Positions 15,191 through 25,043 are shown, counted from the first letter of the stretch. The stretch: 45,202 nucleotides of DNA from an uncultured Oscillospiraceae bacterium (GCA_964604615.1 CAZRZU010000003.1:1-45202); one strand, 5' to 3'. Numbers and translations are program-made. Notes: generated from the sequence alone by a model not told the origin.

Positions 15191-17803
15191 TTATTCTAAT
15201 TCAACTGTTTTGACTGTCGTAAGAGGAGTGATTGACTTAATTCCTTTCCAAGCAAACACTTTAACAGATGTAATCTCTTGGCTTGTAAGGTTTGCTTCGC
15301 CTTCCTGAGTAGACACAATTTTAATTAGCTTGCCATCTTCGTCAAAGCCTGCAACAATAAATTGTGAGGAAGCCTTTTCGTTGTAGTCAAATGTTACCTT
15401 AACGTTTTCGCCGTCTCTTACAGCTTCAACATTCATTGTAAAGGACGCATATGTTTCTTCTGCTTCGCGAACGGAGAAGTCGTCGAAATACCAATAGGGG
15501 CCGTTGCCTGTGTTTCCGCCTTCGCCTAACCAACGGAACCAGAAGAGAATGTAGTCTGTGTCGTCTGTTGCTGTAAACACTCTTTCCACGGTTGTCCATT
15601 CTGTGCCGATGAAACCTGCTGATGTTGCTGTGGCAGAGTTTTCGGCATCGCCCTCGTTTGCAACAAGGCTTGTTATGATGTAACCGCCGTCAGCGCCGTA
15701 CTTGTGCTTAACTTTATAGGAAACAATGTATGTCTTGCCGCTTTCAACAGGAACATAGCGCTTAAGGGAGCAAAGCCCGTCTAAACCGTCGTGCCAGTTT
15801 GTGGCAAATGCCCATTTCCCGTCGGGGATAGTAGTTTCAGCCTTTGTGGACACACCGTTGAAAATTCTTTCCGTTGCGCTCACTGCATAGCAGTGGTTTG
15901 TTGTGTAGGGAGAGCCAAACTGTGCGTTTGTCTGAGCGCTAAGCCAGCCTGCTAAGCTGAAGTTACCGTTTTCATCTTCAAATGAGCCGTTTGTCATGAT
16001 GTTTTCACCAACAGCTTTATATGTTTTGAAGTTTCCGAAACGTTCCTTAAAGTCTATTTCAATAATATCGTCATGACCTTTGCCTGTCATGTAGTTAACA
16101 TCAAAGAATGTTCTTTCGTCGTCTTCAAGAGTTGCAGCATAGGGTGAGAAGGTTGTAAGGTGAATTCTGCCTTCTTTTTCGTCAAATTCTGCAAACTTCA
16201 TAAGTGCATTACCGCCGTTGTAAGAGAACTGATAGTCAGCAAGCACACTGTAAACCTTGTGACCGTAAGCATTTGTAAGCTCTAAAACACCGTAGCCGTG
16301 GCTGTGACCGCCTACCATCATGAAAACATTGTCGTAAGCTTTTGCAATGTTCCAGAGTATTTCACCCTTGCTTGAAAGCTTTGTTTCGTTGGGGGCAGTA
16401 TCGGAACAGTTCTGAATGTCGTGCATCATAAGAATAATGGGACAATCGGAATACTGCGACAGAACAGCACGGAGCCATGCAATTTCAGCTGCATCTTCAA
16501 TTTTGTACATGTCTATATATACAAGCTTGTAGGGGAAGCTGCCTGCACTAATATCTGCAACACCGCCGCTTCCCGAGGGGGAATAACCCAGCATGTAACC
16601 GCCTGTGAGCTTATCAAAGCTGCTTCCGGGACCAAAGTATGTGTTATAGTACCAGTAGTTCGCGCCGTAGTTGGTGTCGTGGTTGCCTGCGGGAACAATG
16701 GTTCTTATGCCGCTTTGGGCAATTGTGGAATAGTTTTTACTAATCTGCTCCCACTGGGGTGTTTCCCAATAGTCTTCAACGTTATCGCCGAGAGAAACAA
16801 CAGCTTTTATGTTTGCAAAATCCTTGTTTTCGATAATCCATTCAACAGCTCTGTCCAATACGTCGCCCTTAAACTTTGTTGCGTTCTGTGTATCGGGAAC
16901 AAAAACCATATTGTATCTGCCCTTTGCAGTTTCTTCAAAAGTTGAATTGTCGCCGTATTCACCCATAAATTCCTCGGGGTTGGTAACAATCCAGTCTTCC
17001 TTTGAAAGAGCTGTGTCGGAAATTCTTATTTCCTGAATGTAGCCGCGTGTAAAGCGATAGGGGGTGCCTGAGGAAAGTATTCTTGCACCTATTCTGAATC
17101 TGCCGTCGTTAGGGTCGGCATACAAGCCCTGCATACTGCTTGTTGCCGCATCACGGAAGGATTCACATCCGTTTACAAATGTGCGGATAGACTTGCCGTC
17201 GTTTACAATAACAATGTGATACCAGTTTTCGGCTTTATCCATTGCAACAGACCATACATTGCTCGTAAGAGTGGACTGGTTGTAACGGTTTGCAGGGATA
17301 AACTGTATTTCCTTACAGTTGGAAACGTGAACAACAGTTGTTACACTTTCGCCCTCGGTATCAATAGCACTTGTGGAGCCAAGACGGGAGATAAGGCTTG
17401 TCCAGCGGTCTGCTGTTGTCCAGTCGTCAGGCATTTTGTACAAAATTTCGATTGTGTAGCCGTTAACAAAGCTGTTGGAGTTGATAGGTGCTGAGTCAAC
17501 CGTTACAAAGTCAATGCCTCCGTCTGAAAGGTTGCCGTTTAAATAAATACTGCCGCTATTGTCCACAGATTCATCTGAAAACGAATTTACGGACGCATAA
17601 TTGGAACCGTATGTGCGCATTGTAAGGTCGTTGCCTTTGCCCGAGGCATCGCGGATGACCATACTTCCGGATTCAATTGAACCTGATTTTACCCCGTCGG
17701 AGTTAAACTGCCAGTCTGCAACTGTTGCGGCAGAAACTGTGAGCGGGAGCATGGCAAAGGCTCCGATTGCCAATGCTGTTAAAAATTTTTTAATGGAGAA
17801 CAT
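15191..17803 (-). CDS. Secreted LamG-like + calcineurin-type metallophosphoesterase + CBM-like protein
   Basis: 870 aa with AGGAGGG RBS and signal peptide (...LPLTVSAA). It has an N-terminal LamG-like jelly-roll (ends ...IQEIRISDTALSKEDW), phosphoesterase motifs (VFVPDTQNA, SLGDNVED, AGNHD, MMHD, GGHSHG) and a C-terminal CBM4/9-like domain (NGSFEDENGNF ... YWYFDDFSV). Confidence 0.75.
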   Translation of the reverse strand: MFSIKKFLTALAIGAFAMLPLTVSAATVADWQFNSDGVKSGSIESGSMVIRDASGKGNDLTMRTYGSNYASVNSFSDESVDNSGSIYLNGNLSDGGIDFVTVDSAPINSNSFVNGYTIEILYKMPDDWTTADRWTSLISRLGSTSAIDTEGESVTTVVHVSNCKEIQFIPANRYNQSTLTSNVWSVAMDKAENWYHIVIVNDGKSIRTFVNGCESFRDAATSSMQGLYADPNDGRFRIGARILSSGTPYRFTRGYIQEIRISDTALSKEDWIVTNPEEFMGEYGDNSTFEETAKGRYNMVFVPDTQNATKFKGDVLDRAVEWIIENKDFANIKAVVSLGDNVEDYWETPQWEQISKNYSTIAQSGIRTIVPAGNHDTNYGANYWYYNTYFGPGSSFDKLTGGYMLGYSPSGSGGVADISAGSFPYKLVYIDMYKIEDAAEIAWLRAVLSQYSDCPIILMMHDIQNCSDTAPNETKLSSKGEILWNIAKAYDNVFMMVGGHSHGYGVLELTNAYGHKVYSVLADYQFSYNGGNALMKFAEFDEKEGRIHLTTFSPYAATLEDDERTFFDVNYMTGKGHDDIIEIDFKERFGNFKTYKAVGENIMTNGSFEDENGNFSLAGWLSAQTNAQFGSPYTTNHCYAVSATERIFNGVSTKAETTIPDGKWAFATNWHDGLDGLCSLKRYVPVESGKTYIVSYKVKHKYGADGGYIITSLVANEGDAENSATATSAGFIGTEWTTVERVFTATDDTDYILFWFRWLGEGGNTGNGPYWYFDDFSVREAEETYASFTMNVEAVRDGENVKVTFDYNEKASSQFIVAGFDEDGKLIKIVSTQEGEANLTSQEITSVKVFAWKGIKSITPLTTVKTVELE

Positions 17804-17834
17804 TCAATTCCCTCCTATTATATAATATGTAATA

Positions 17835-17863
17835 ATTATACCACTGCAAAGGTGTGTTTGCAA
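17835..17863 (-). promoter_or_regulatory. Sigma-A promoter for the 870-aa gene
   Basis: The minus strand reads TTGCAA (17863-17858), 17-nt spacer, TGgTATAAT (-10 at 17840-17835). Confidence 0.6.
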
Positions 17864-17924
17864 CAATTTTAAACTATTATAGAAAAACTTGTTAAAATAT
17901 TTCAAAAAATTTTTAAAATTTTAC

Positions 17925-17953
17925 TGTACAAGTGGTTTAAAACATGCTATAAT
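17925..17953 (+). promoter_or_regulatory. Candidate promoter for the 1254-aa gene
   Basis: TGTACA (weak -35), 17-nt spacer, TGcTATAAT (17945-17953). Confidence 0.4.
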
Positions 17954-18007
17954 TATCATATAATTGTGCTCGGTATAGATATACGATGCATTAAGGAGGA
18001 ATTTTAT

Positions 18008-21000
18008 ATGAAAAAAAGTAGGATCATAGCACTTCTTACAGCAGTTGCAATGATCATGAGTGTCGTTCCTGCATATGCGGCAGGCTTCTTTGTTGACGAA
18101 GAAGGCGCTGTATATGAAATGAGCGGAGAAAACCTTGTTTCAAACCCCGGTTTTGAAGAAGGTCTCACAGGTATTACTTCTAATGATGAATATTATGAAG
18201 TATCATCTGAACATGTACATAGCGGTGCATACAGCCTTAAGGCTATTAAGAGTACTAAGGGTGAGGGCGCAATCACAGCTTATTTTGCTGTTGAAGACCC
18301 CGCTGACAGCTACTACCTTTCTTTCTGGTATAAAAACACAGACGTAGTAGCAAGAAGACCCCGTGTAACTTTTGCTTTCACTGATTCTTCAAAAACTGTT
18401 CCCACAGTTGAAGATGATTTTACAGAAATGACAAATGCCTGGATTAAGGCAGGTACTGCATCTAACGACCAGGACATGGCTTATTCCATGGGTGATTGGG
18501 TTCAGTATTCCACAGTTATCAAGGGTACAGGCGAAAGTGCTGCATGTGCATATGTAGTTCTTAACATTTACGGTCTTACAAAGGACAATGCTTATGTGGA
18601 TGACTTCGAAGTTTATGCTCTTTCTTATTCTGATGAATATGGCGATGCTATGACAGATGCCATTGCTGAATGGGGTAAGAAGACTGTTCCCGGAGGTCCT
18701 CTTGCAGGTGTAGGCACACTTAGCCTTCCCCGCGAAGTTAAGGCAGACGGCATCCTGGTGGAATGGACATCTTCCAATGAAGAAATCATCAATGCTGAAA
18801 CAGGCGAGTACCAGTCCGGTGCAGATGAAGAACTTGTTATTCTTACAGCTCGTCTGTACGCAGAAGGTTTGTATGACGAAGTTTATTTTGAATATACATA
18901 TCCCTACATTGTAAGAAGCATGTTCGATCCTTATATTGAATGGATTCAGACAGATGTTTTCAAGCCTATCGGCACAGCTGTAAGCGGAAACATCAATCTT
19001 CCTGCAACGCATTCCATTAAGGGCTATCCCGATGCTGAAATTACATGGTCCTGTTCCGAAGACGGTGTTATTGCGCCCGACGGTACATTTACTGCGCCCG
19101 ACGTTACATGCTATGTTGATCTTACTGCAACAATCACTTGCAGCGGCAGCAGTGCAACAACAACCACTCGTATAAAGGCTATCGGCGGAAACCTCATTCC
19201 CGAAGGTCTGGAAATGTATTATGACTTTGAAACTGCTATCAAGAACAACAAGGTTTACGATAATGCACAGAAGGCATACAATGCTACTGCTGACGGCATA
19301 ACAATTGAAAACGGTTATGCTTCAATCAACGGTACAATTGTTCTTCCTTCCAATTATCCTTCAACACTCACAGGCAGCTATTCTGTTTCCATGTGGGTTA
19401 AGCTTAACAGTGCTATTACAAGCAGCGGTGCAATGTATCGTTTCTTCGACTTTGGTGGCGGTTCATACACATCTCAGTTCTTAAGATACGTTCCCGGTTC
19501 AGGTCAGCTTTCCTTCATGGACCGTGAACTTGCAGGAAACGGCAGCAACTGGGCTATTGACACCACAGCGGATATCGGTAAGACAGGCTGGAGCCTTGTA
19601 ACACTTACATACGATATGGATAACTCTTCCTACGCATATGTAAGAGTTTTCGTTGACGGTGAGGAAGTTGGCAACTCATCCGGTTGCACATACCTTACAA
19701 GATCTATTTATCAGATGAACTCTTCTTCCACTACAGGCTTTATCGGTCAGACTCAGTGGGACAATGCCGATAACCCCGACCTTTACGGTAGCATTGACGA
19801 TGTTCGTATTTACAGCAGAGTTCTTTCTGATGATGAAATTACAACACTCTTTGAAGAAACAAAGCCCATTGTAACAGCTCCCGTAACAATCAAGTTCCAG
19901 GACGTTGAAGGTAACACACTTAAGGACGATGTTACAATTCAGGCAGAAGTAAATACTGATTACGACGTTCCCGCATCATATAAGAGCCTTCCTTCTACAT
20001 CTGACGAATATAATCGCATTACATACACTTATATTTCAAGCAAGAGTATAGATTCTGTTTCTGTATCTGCTGATGCTGAAAACGTATGTATATTAGTGTT
20101 CCAGAAGGAGTATAAACCCAAGAGCGGCAACCTGATTGATAACCCCTCTTTCGAGAGCGGTGTTGACGGTTGGACAAGTAACAACAACGGTACTCTTGCA
20201 ACTGTAACAGGTTGGGTTCGTTCCAATGAACAGGCTCACAGAGGCAGCTGGTCTCTTAAGAGAAATGCTAACGTTGGTAGTGCCGACGCATCTAACTTCG
20301 GTACATATATTCCCATTGAATCCGGTAAGGTTTATTACTTTACATTCTGGGAATACTGTGATTCTGACGTTGCAGCAGGTTCTCATCAGATGAGTGCAGT
20401 TTGTGTTACTGAAAACATGAGCGCAACAAACGACTATGCAAATCACTTGGTACAGTACGGCGGTTATTCCTCTTGGTATAACAATGCCAACGGTGCAACA
20501 CGTGACCCTGCGTATTATTCCGGTTGGACACAGAGAGAATTTGTGTTTGATACAACAGGTGCTACAAATGCAAACTATATCTTTGTTGCTTACGCATGGC
20601 AAGCAGGTTCTGCTTTCTACATCGATGACTTCTATCTTAAGGAAGGTGCTGAGCCTCCCACGGAAGAAGAATTAAACGGCGGTGAAGAAGAGGAAGAGGA
20701 AGACCTTACAAATAAGATTCCCGTAATAATCAACTATGTTGATACAGACGGCAACGTAATTCAGGACGCAGCTACAACTTATGTTGCTAAGGGTGTTAAC
20801 GATTATGTTGTTCCCGATTCCTACAAGAAGGTTGAAGACCTTGTTGAGGGCAGTCTTGTATACAAGTACACATACAATGCTGAGGCAAGTAAGGATACAG
20901 TATCCATCTCAATACTGAGAGATAACGTTGCTACATTGGTATTTGACGTAATTAAGGCAGACAAAAACTCTAACCTTGTTACTGACGGTGGCTTTGAAGA

Positions 21001-21772
21001 TGAGTCGGGCAACTTCAGCTGGGGTACATGGCAGAGTCCCGAAACACAGAACTACTTTAAGGATGTTTGTGAAGGCTGGTTCTATAAGGTAAACCGTGAC
21101 ACTAACGCATCTGCTCTTTACAAGGAGAGCGATATAGAAGCCGAAGACTATGCTCTCGGTACACGTTGGAACGACGGTACAACAGGTCTTTGCTCCATGG
21201 CAAACTTCGTTCCTGTTGAAAAGGGTAAGACATATATCGTATCTTACGATTATAAGCACCAGACAGCAGGCACCGATGGTTCCTACATCAGCACATCTTT
21301 TGTAACAACAAAGAGCATGAGTGCAGGTGCTGCATCCGGCAGCAACATTCCTAAGAATGTTTCCACAGATTGGCAGACAAACACATTCACAATTACTGCT
21401 CCTTCTGACGGTTACATTTACTTCCACTTCTCATGGCTCGGTTCCGGCGGTCCTTCCGCTTCCTCTAACAGCGGTAGCGGTCCCTACTGGTATTTCGATA
21501 ACTTTGAAGTATTGGAAGTAATCACATTCGAAAACAAGATTACTTACTCCGCAGGCTATGCTGAAATCGTAGCTGAAGACGGTACAGAAGGTTACCTTGT
21601 TCAGGCAATGTACGACGAAGAGGGTGCTCTTACAGACGTTACAATTTCTGACAAGCTTACACTCAGCAAGGAAACAGTTACAAGAGTGGCTGTTACAAAG
21701 GGCGCAAAGCTTATGCTTGTTAAGGATTTGACAAGTCTTAAACCCTTGGCTCCTGCAATAATAGCAGAATAA
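18008..21772 (+). CDS. Large secreted multidomain protein (3 CBM4/9-like, 2 Ig-like, LamG, 2 MucBP-like modules)
   Basis: The ORF starts at 17966. ATG 18008 is preferred because AAGGAGG lies 8 nt upstream. It has a signal peptide (MKKSRIIALLTAVAMIMSVVPAYAA). CBM-like repeats begin NPGFEEG / NPSFESG / DGGFEDE. A LamG module ends DDVRIYSRVLSDDEI. Two MucBP-like repeats are present (VTIKFQDVEGNTL..., VIINYVDTDGNVI...), separated by a poly-Glu linker. Confidence 0.75.
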   Translation: MKKSRIIALLTAVAMIMSVVPAYAAGFFVDEEGAVYEMSGENLVSNPGFEEGLTGITSNDEYYEVSSEHVHSGAYSLKAIKSTKGEGAITAYFAVEDPADSYYLSFWYKNTDVVARRPRVTFAFTDSSKTVPTVEDDFTEMTNAWIKAGTASNDQDMAYSMGDWVQYSTVIKGTGESAACAYVVLNIYGLTKDNAYVDDFEVYALSYSDEYGDAMTDAIAEWGKKTVPGGPLAGVGTLSLPREVKADGILVEWTSSNEEIINAETGEYQSGADEELVILTARLYAEGLYDEVYFEYTYPYIVRSMFDPYIEWIQTDVFKPIGTAVSGNINLPATHSIKGYPDAEITWSCSEDGVIAPDGTFTAPDVTCYVDLTATITCSGSSATTTTRIKAIGGNLIPEGLEMYYDFETAIKNNKVYDNAQKAYNATADGITIENGYASINGTIVLPSNYPSTLTGSYSVSMWVKLNSAITSSGAMYRFFDFGGGSYTSQFLRYVPGSGQLSFMDRELAGNGSNWAIDTTADIGKTGWSLVTLTYDMDNSSYAYVRVFVDGEEVGNSSGCTYLTRSIYQMNSSSTTGFIGQTQWDNADNPDLYGSIDDVRIYSRVLSDDEITTLFEETKPIVTAPVTIKFQDVEGNTLKDDVTIQAEVNTDYDVPASYKSLPSTSDEYNRITYTYISSKSIDSVSVSADAENVCILVFQKEYKPKSGNLIDNPSFESGVDGWTSNNNGTLATVTGWVRSNEQAHRGSWSLKRNANVGSADASNFGTYIPIESGKVYYFTFWEYCDSDVAAGSHQMSAVCVTENMSATNDYANHLVQYGGYSSWYNNANGATRDPAYYSGWTQREFVFDTTGATNANYIFVAYAWQAGSAFYIDDFYLKEGAEPPTEEELNGGEEEEEEDLTNKIPVIINYVDTDGNVIQDAATTYVAKGVNDYVVPDSYKKVEDLVEGSLVYKYTYNAEASKDTVSISILRDNVATLVFDVIKADKNSNLVTDGGFEDESGNFSWGTWQSPETQNYFKDVCEGWFYKVNRDTNASALYKESDIEAEDYALGTRWNDGTTGLCSMANFVPVEKGKTYIVSYDYKHQTAGTDGSYISTSFVTTKSMSAGAASGSNIPKNVSTDWQTNTFTITAPSDGYIYFHFSWLGSGGPSASSNSGSGPYWYFDNFEVLEVITFENKITYSAGYAEIVAEDGTEGYLVQAMYDEEGALTDVTISDKLTLSKETVTRVAVTKGAKLMLVKDLTSLKPLAPAIIAE

Positions 21773-21780
21773 CATTATAC

Positions 21781-21812
21781 AAAAAAGCTCCGAAAATTTC
21801 GGAGCTTTTTTG
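21781..21812 (+). terminator. Intrinsic terminator
   Basis: Perfect 15-bp stem AAAAAAGCTCCGAAA / TTTCGGAGCTTTTTT followed by a T-run. Confidence 0.85.
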
Positions 21813-22023
21813 TGTGTAAACGAAAACCACGCAATAGTCGTGTGGTTTCAAAAAGGCTATTGCCGGTGAGTATAAGCTTTATTCGTGAAATATTGCAGAT
21901 TGCAACGGTTATGTCCGTATGGGCGCCAATAGAGCCAAAAACGTGGGGAATTCAGTAAACAAAGGAACACCACTATAAAAGCGTTGCTTCATCTGCCGCC
22001 AGCAGTCTTATGCAAAGGTTGGT

Positions 22024-22052
22024 TTGACAGAGTGCTATATTTATGATAAAAT
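22024..22052 (+). promoter_or_regulatory. Sigma-A promoter
   Basis: TTGACA (22024-22029), 17-nt spacer, TGaTAAAAT (22044-22052). Confidence 0.55.
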
Positions 22053-22090
22053 ATATTGGTATCTAAATTAAAAAAACGGAGATGGACAAA

Positions 22091-22870
22091 ATGAAAAATA
22101 AAAAAAATATTATTAAAATTGTTTCTGTTGCAGCTGTTTTGCTGATTGTGGTCACAATAGTCGCAAAATGCTCTTCTGTGAACATAAAAAAAGGCGATGT
22201 TGTGGCAGCGGACAGTGTTATATCCGCAAGCAATGGATTTGTTTATTACAACGATGCAGATAACAACATATGGTCCAGGAGCATCGATAGCGGTGAAACA
22301 GCAATTTTTGCAGAAGATATGACCCTTCTGGCTACCGATGAAAGCGGCATTCTCGCAACTGACGGTCTTAACTTTACTATATACGACGAAGGCGGTAATA
22401 TAACAGACTCTGTTTCGGGTATAGTGGTTGCTTCAGCTCAGTTAACAAGCGATTACATTTACTACAAGCATATCGACAGCGGATATGTTGTGAGAATAGA
22501 CAGGGAAACTAAAGATGTTGAAGATGCTTTGCCTCTTGAAGTTAACGAGTTTAAGGTGAATGAAAATAAAATTGTATTTACAACAAAAGCCAACAATATG
22601 GTATATGTCTATGACATGGAAACGGGCATTCCCATGGGTTACTTTGGCGACAAGAACATAGGCGATTTTGCCTTAAACGGCAATCAGCTTATATACAGCG
22701 ACCTTAACCAGGGCGGCAAGGTGAGCATATTGGATTTATCCACAGGCGGTGAAACCGAAATAAGAGGTGTGCAAAGTGCAAACTTTACCCACAAGCACGG
22801 CAAGCTGTACTACATTGAAAATGCAAAGGGCAACAGCAAAAAATACGAAATCAAAAATACGGAATTCTGA
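22091..22870 (+). CDS. Membrane-anchored repeat protein (DUF5050-like beta-propeller repeats), function unknown
   Basis: N-terminal TM anchor. Repeated motifs of the form ...(I/L)(Y/V)Y... recur (GFVYYND, DYIYYKH, NKIVFTT, NQLIYSD, GKLYYIEN). ATG 22091 has GGAG 9 nt upstream. Confidence 0.55.
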   Translation: MKNKKNIIKIVSVAAVLLIVVTIVAKCSSVNIKKGDVVAADSVISASNGFVYYNDADNNIWSRSIDSGETAIFAEDMTLLATDESGILATDGLNFTIYDEGGNITDSVSGIVVASAQLTSDYIYYKHIDSGYVVRIDRETKDVEDALPLEVNEFKVNENKIVFTTKANNMVYVYDMETGIPMGYFGDKNIGDFALNGNQLIYSDLNQGGKVSILDLSTGGETEIRGVQSANFTHKHGKLYYIENAKGNSKKYEIKNTEF

Positions 22871-22950
22871 TTGATGTATTATTTTCCGCATTTGTTTTCA
22901 GGGCGGAATGTGAACAATTATTTGTTGGCAGAAAGGCTATGTGAATTGAT

Positions 22951-24075
22951 ATGAACAGATTTATTTTAACCATACCCTGTCCGTTGGGAACAGAGTCCAT
23001 AACGGCTCATCAGATAAGAGAACTTGGCTATGAAACAAGTGAGGTTGTGGATGGCAGTGTGAGCTTTGTTGGTGACGAAGAGGCAATTGCTCTTGCTAAC
23101 GTTAATCTTCGCAGCGGAGAGCGCGTTTTAATAAAAATAGGTGAATTTAAAGCCCTTACATTTACAGAGCTTTTTGATAACGTGAAAAAGCTTCCCTGGG
23201 AAGATTTTATAGGTAAGGACTGTGCTTTCCCTGTTAAGGGTTATTCCTTAAAATCCAAGCTTTTTAGTGTGCCTGATTGCCAGAGCATCATAAAAAAGGC
23301 TGTTGTAAGTCGCCTTAGCGAAAAGTACAATGTGTCCTGGTTTGAAGAAACGGGGGCATTGTACCGTATACAGTTTGCAATAATGAAAGATGTTGTAACC
23401 GTTTATATTGACACCACGGGCGCACCCTTGTACAAACGCGGATACAGAGCAGAAGGTGTGCTGGCACCTTTGAGAGAAACACTTGCTTTCTCTATGATTG
23501 ACGTAAGCCGCTGGAGAGGCGACAGACCTTTTATTGACCCATTCTGCGGCAGCGGTACAATACCCATTGAGGCTGCTATGTATGCTCTTAACATTGCACC
23601 GGGTAAAATGCGCCGTTTTGAATGCGAAAAATGGGACATGTTCAAAAACAACATTTTTAACGATGCCAGGGAAGAAGCTGTTGAAAATGAACAGTGGGAC
23701 CGAGAGGTTAACATTTTTGCATCAGATATTGACCCTGATGCTGTAAGCCTTGCAATTTCCAATGCCAAAAAAGCAGGGGTTGACAAAAAAATAAAGTTTT
23801 TCAGAGCGGATGTAAAAGACGTAAGAGCCTTTAAGGACAAAGGCATTGTTATGTGTAATCCTCCTTACGGCGAAAGACTTATGGACAAAAAGAGTGTGGA
23901 AAGACTGTATCAGACCATGGGAAGAAAATTTTCCGAGTTTGAAAATGCCTCAAAGCTTATTCTCACATCTTATGAAGACTTTGAAAAGTACTACGGTAAA
24001 AAAGCCGATAAAAAGCGAAAACTTTATAACGGAATGTTAAAGTGCAACTTATATATGTATTTCCCCGAGAAATAG
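22951..24075 (+). CDS. THUMP-domain class I SAM-dependent RNA methyltransferase (RlmL/YpsC-like)
   Basis: N-terminal THUMP-like region, SAM-binding DPFCGSGTI, and catalytic NPPYGERL motif. Confidence 0.85.
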   Translation: MNRFILTIPCPLGTESITAHQIRELGYETSEVVDGSVSFVGDEEAIALANVNLRSGERVLIKIGEFKALTFTELFDNVKKLPWEDFIGKDCAFPVKGYSLKSKLFSVPDCQSIIKKAVVSRLSEKYNVSWFEETGALYRIQFAIMKDVVTVYIDTTGAPLYKRGYRAEGVLAPLRETLAFSMIDVSRWRGDRPFIDPFCGSGTIPIEAAMYALNIAPGKMRRFECEKWDMFKNNIFNDAREEAVENEQWDREVNIFASDIDPDAVSLAISNAKKAGVDKKIKFFRADVKDVRAFKDKGIVMCNPPYGERLMDKKSVERLYQTMGRKFSEFENASKLILTSYEDFEKYYGKKADKKRKLYNGMLKCNLYMYFPEK

Positions 24076-24112
24076 AATTTACAGATTGTTCATTCTTTGA
24101 CAAATGCCTTCA

Positions 24113-24141
24113 TTGACAAAAAAGGCAAAAACCTATATAAT
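24113..24141 (+). promoter_or_regulatory. Consensus sigma-A promoter
   Basis: TTGACA (24113-24118), 17-nt spacer, TATAAT (24136-24141). It lies inside the 5' end of the ORF-track call, so the true start is downstream. Confidence 0.65.
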
Positions 24142-24160
24142 AACCTCGGGAGGTAGAGAG

Positions 24161-24985
24161 ATGAAAAAGAAATTGCTTATATTTTTAGGCAGCATATATA
24201 CCATAATAATAGTGGCGGCTGTTGTTGCTACGGTTCACTATTGGTCGTACATAAGCGCACTTGATTGGTCTTTGATAAATATTTCAAATATAAAGGCTGT
24301 GTATCATGGCTTCAATGAGGATCCTGCCGTTACAGCCGAAAAACGCAAAGCTATTGACAGTCAACGTTCAGAAGAAATCAGAAAATATATTGATATGGAG
24401 CTTCGCGAATATACAGAAGAAGAACGACGTCAGATTGAAAGCGGCGAAAAAACAGAAACTGAAATTTTAGCCCAGATTATTTCTGAAAGTGTTGAAAGCG
24501 CAACACAGAACGGCGGCGAAACAGCTGAAGGCAATCAGCCGGAGGGCGACAAGTCGTCAAACGGTGAAGGCAAGGATAACCATTCCGGTGTTGTCAATAA
24601 AAACATAGAAACTGCAGACCAGATAGTAGCACGTCATGTGTCGGCTCTTTATAGTATTCAGGGAGAATTTGAAAGCAGAGTGGCAAGCCTTGCAGCAAGT
24701 GCCAGCAACTGGGTTAAGGCATATAAAAAGGCTCACCCTGAGGTTACCTGGAAGGATGCAAAGGTTGCGGGTGTAAGCTATTTCTCAAAGACTGCTTCAG
24801 CCATTGAAAGCGAGTGCTATGCAAAGGTTGATGCTCAGATTGCACTTTTAATATCTGACCTTAAGGCAATAGGTGCAGATACATCAATTGCTGAAGCTAT
24901 CCGTCAGTCCGCATACAACGAAATGGAAACAAAAAAGACTCAGATAGTTCAGCAGGGTAAGTCAAAGCTTAATAAAAACGATTAA
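24161..24985 (+). CDS. Membrane-anchored hypothetical protein
   Basis: ATG 24161 follows GGGAGG at 24148-24153. It has an N-terminal TM helix, an acidic low-complexity linker and a helical C-terminal region. I recognise no family. Confidence 0.6.
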   Translation: MKKKLLIFLGSIYTIIIVAAVVATVHYWSYISALDWSLINISNIKAVYHGFNEDPAVTAEKRKAIDSQRSEEIRKYIDMELREYTEEERRQIESGEKTETEILAQIISESVESATQNGGETAEGNQPEGDKSSNGEGKDNHSGVVNKNIETADQIVARHVSALYSIQGEFESRVASLAASASNWVKAYKKAHPEVTWKDAKVAGVSYFSKTASAIESECYAKVDAQIALLISDLKAIGADTSIAEAIRQSAYNEMETKKTQIVQQGKSKLNKND

Positions 24986-25004
24986 TAAAAGTTTATTTAC
25001 ACAA

Positions 25005-25043
25005 AACAAAGACCATTTGGGAATTTCCAAATGGTCTTTTGGT
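25005..25043. terminator. Bidirectional terminator between convergent genes
   Basis: Perfect 13-bp stem AAAGACCATTTGG (25008-25020) / CCAAATGGTCTTT (25027-25039), with T-rich flanks on both strands. Confidence 0.8.

Noticed and set aside
18389-21427. Several 170-207-aa minus-strand ORFs (18389-19012, 20093-20602, 20909-21427) inside the 1254-aa gene.
   Set aside because: They are shadow ORFs with Cys-rich nonsense-like translations. The + strand frame is continuous for 3.8 kb and has recognisable repeated domains.
22100-22107. A8 homopolymer in the first codons of the DUF5050-like gene as a phase-variation tract.
   Set aside because: Lys-rich AAA runs after the start codon are common in AT-rich Firmicute genes. 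A single 8-mer without evidence of length variation is not enough.
24104-24160. Upstream ATG 24104 as the start of the membrane-anchored hypothetical protein (293-aa version).
   Set aside because: A perfect TTGACA-17-TATAAT promoter (24113-24141) and a GGGAGG RBS lie inside this extension. The MKKKLLIF... start at 24161 fits far better.
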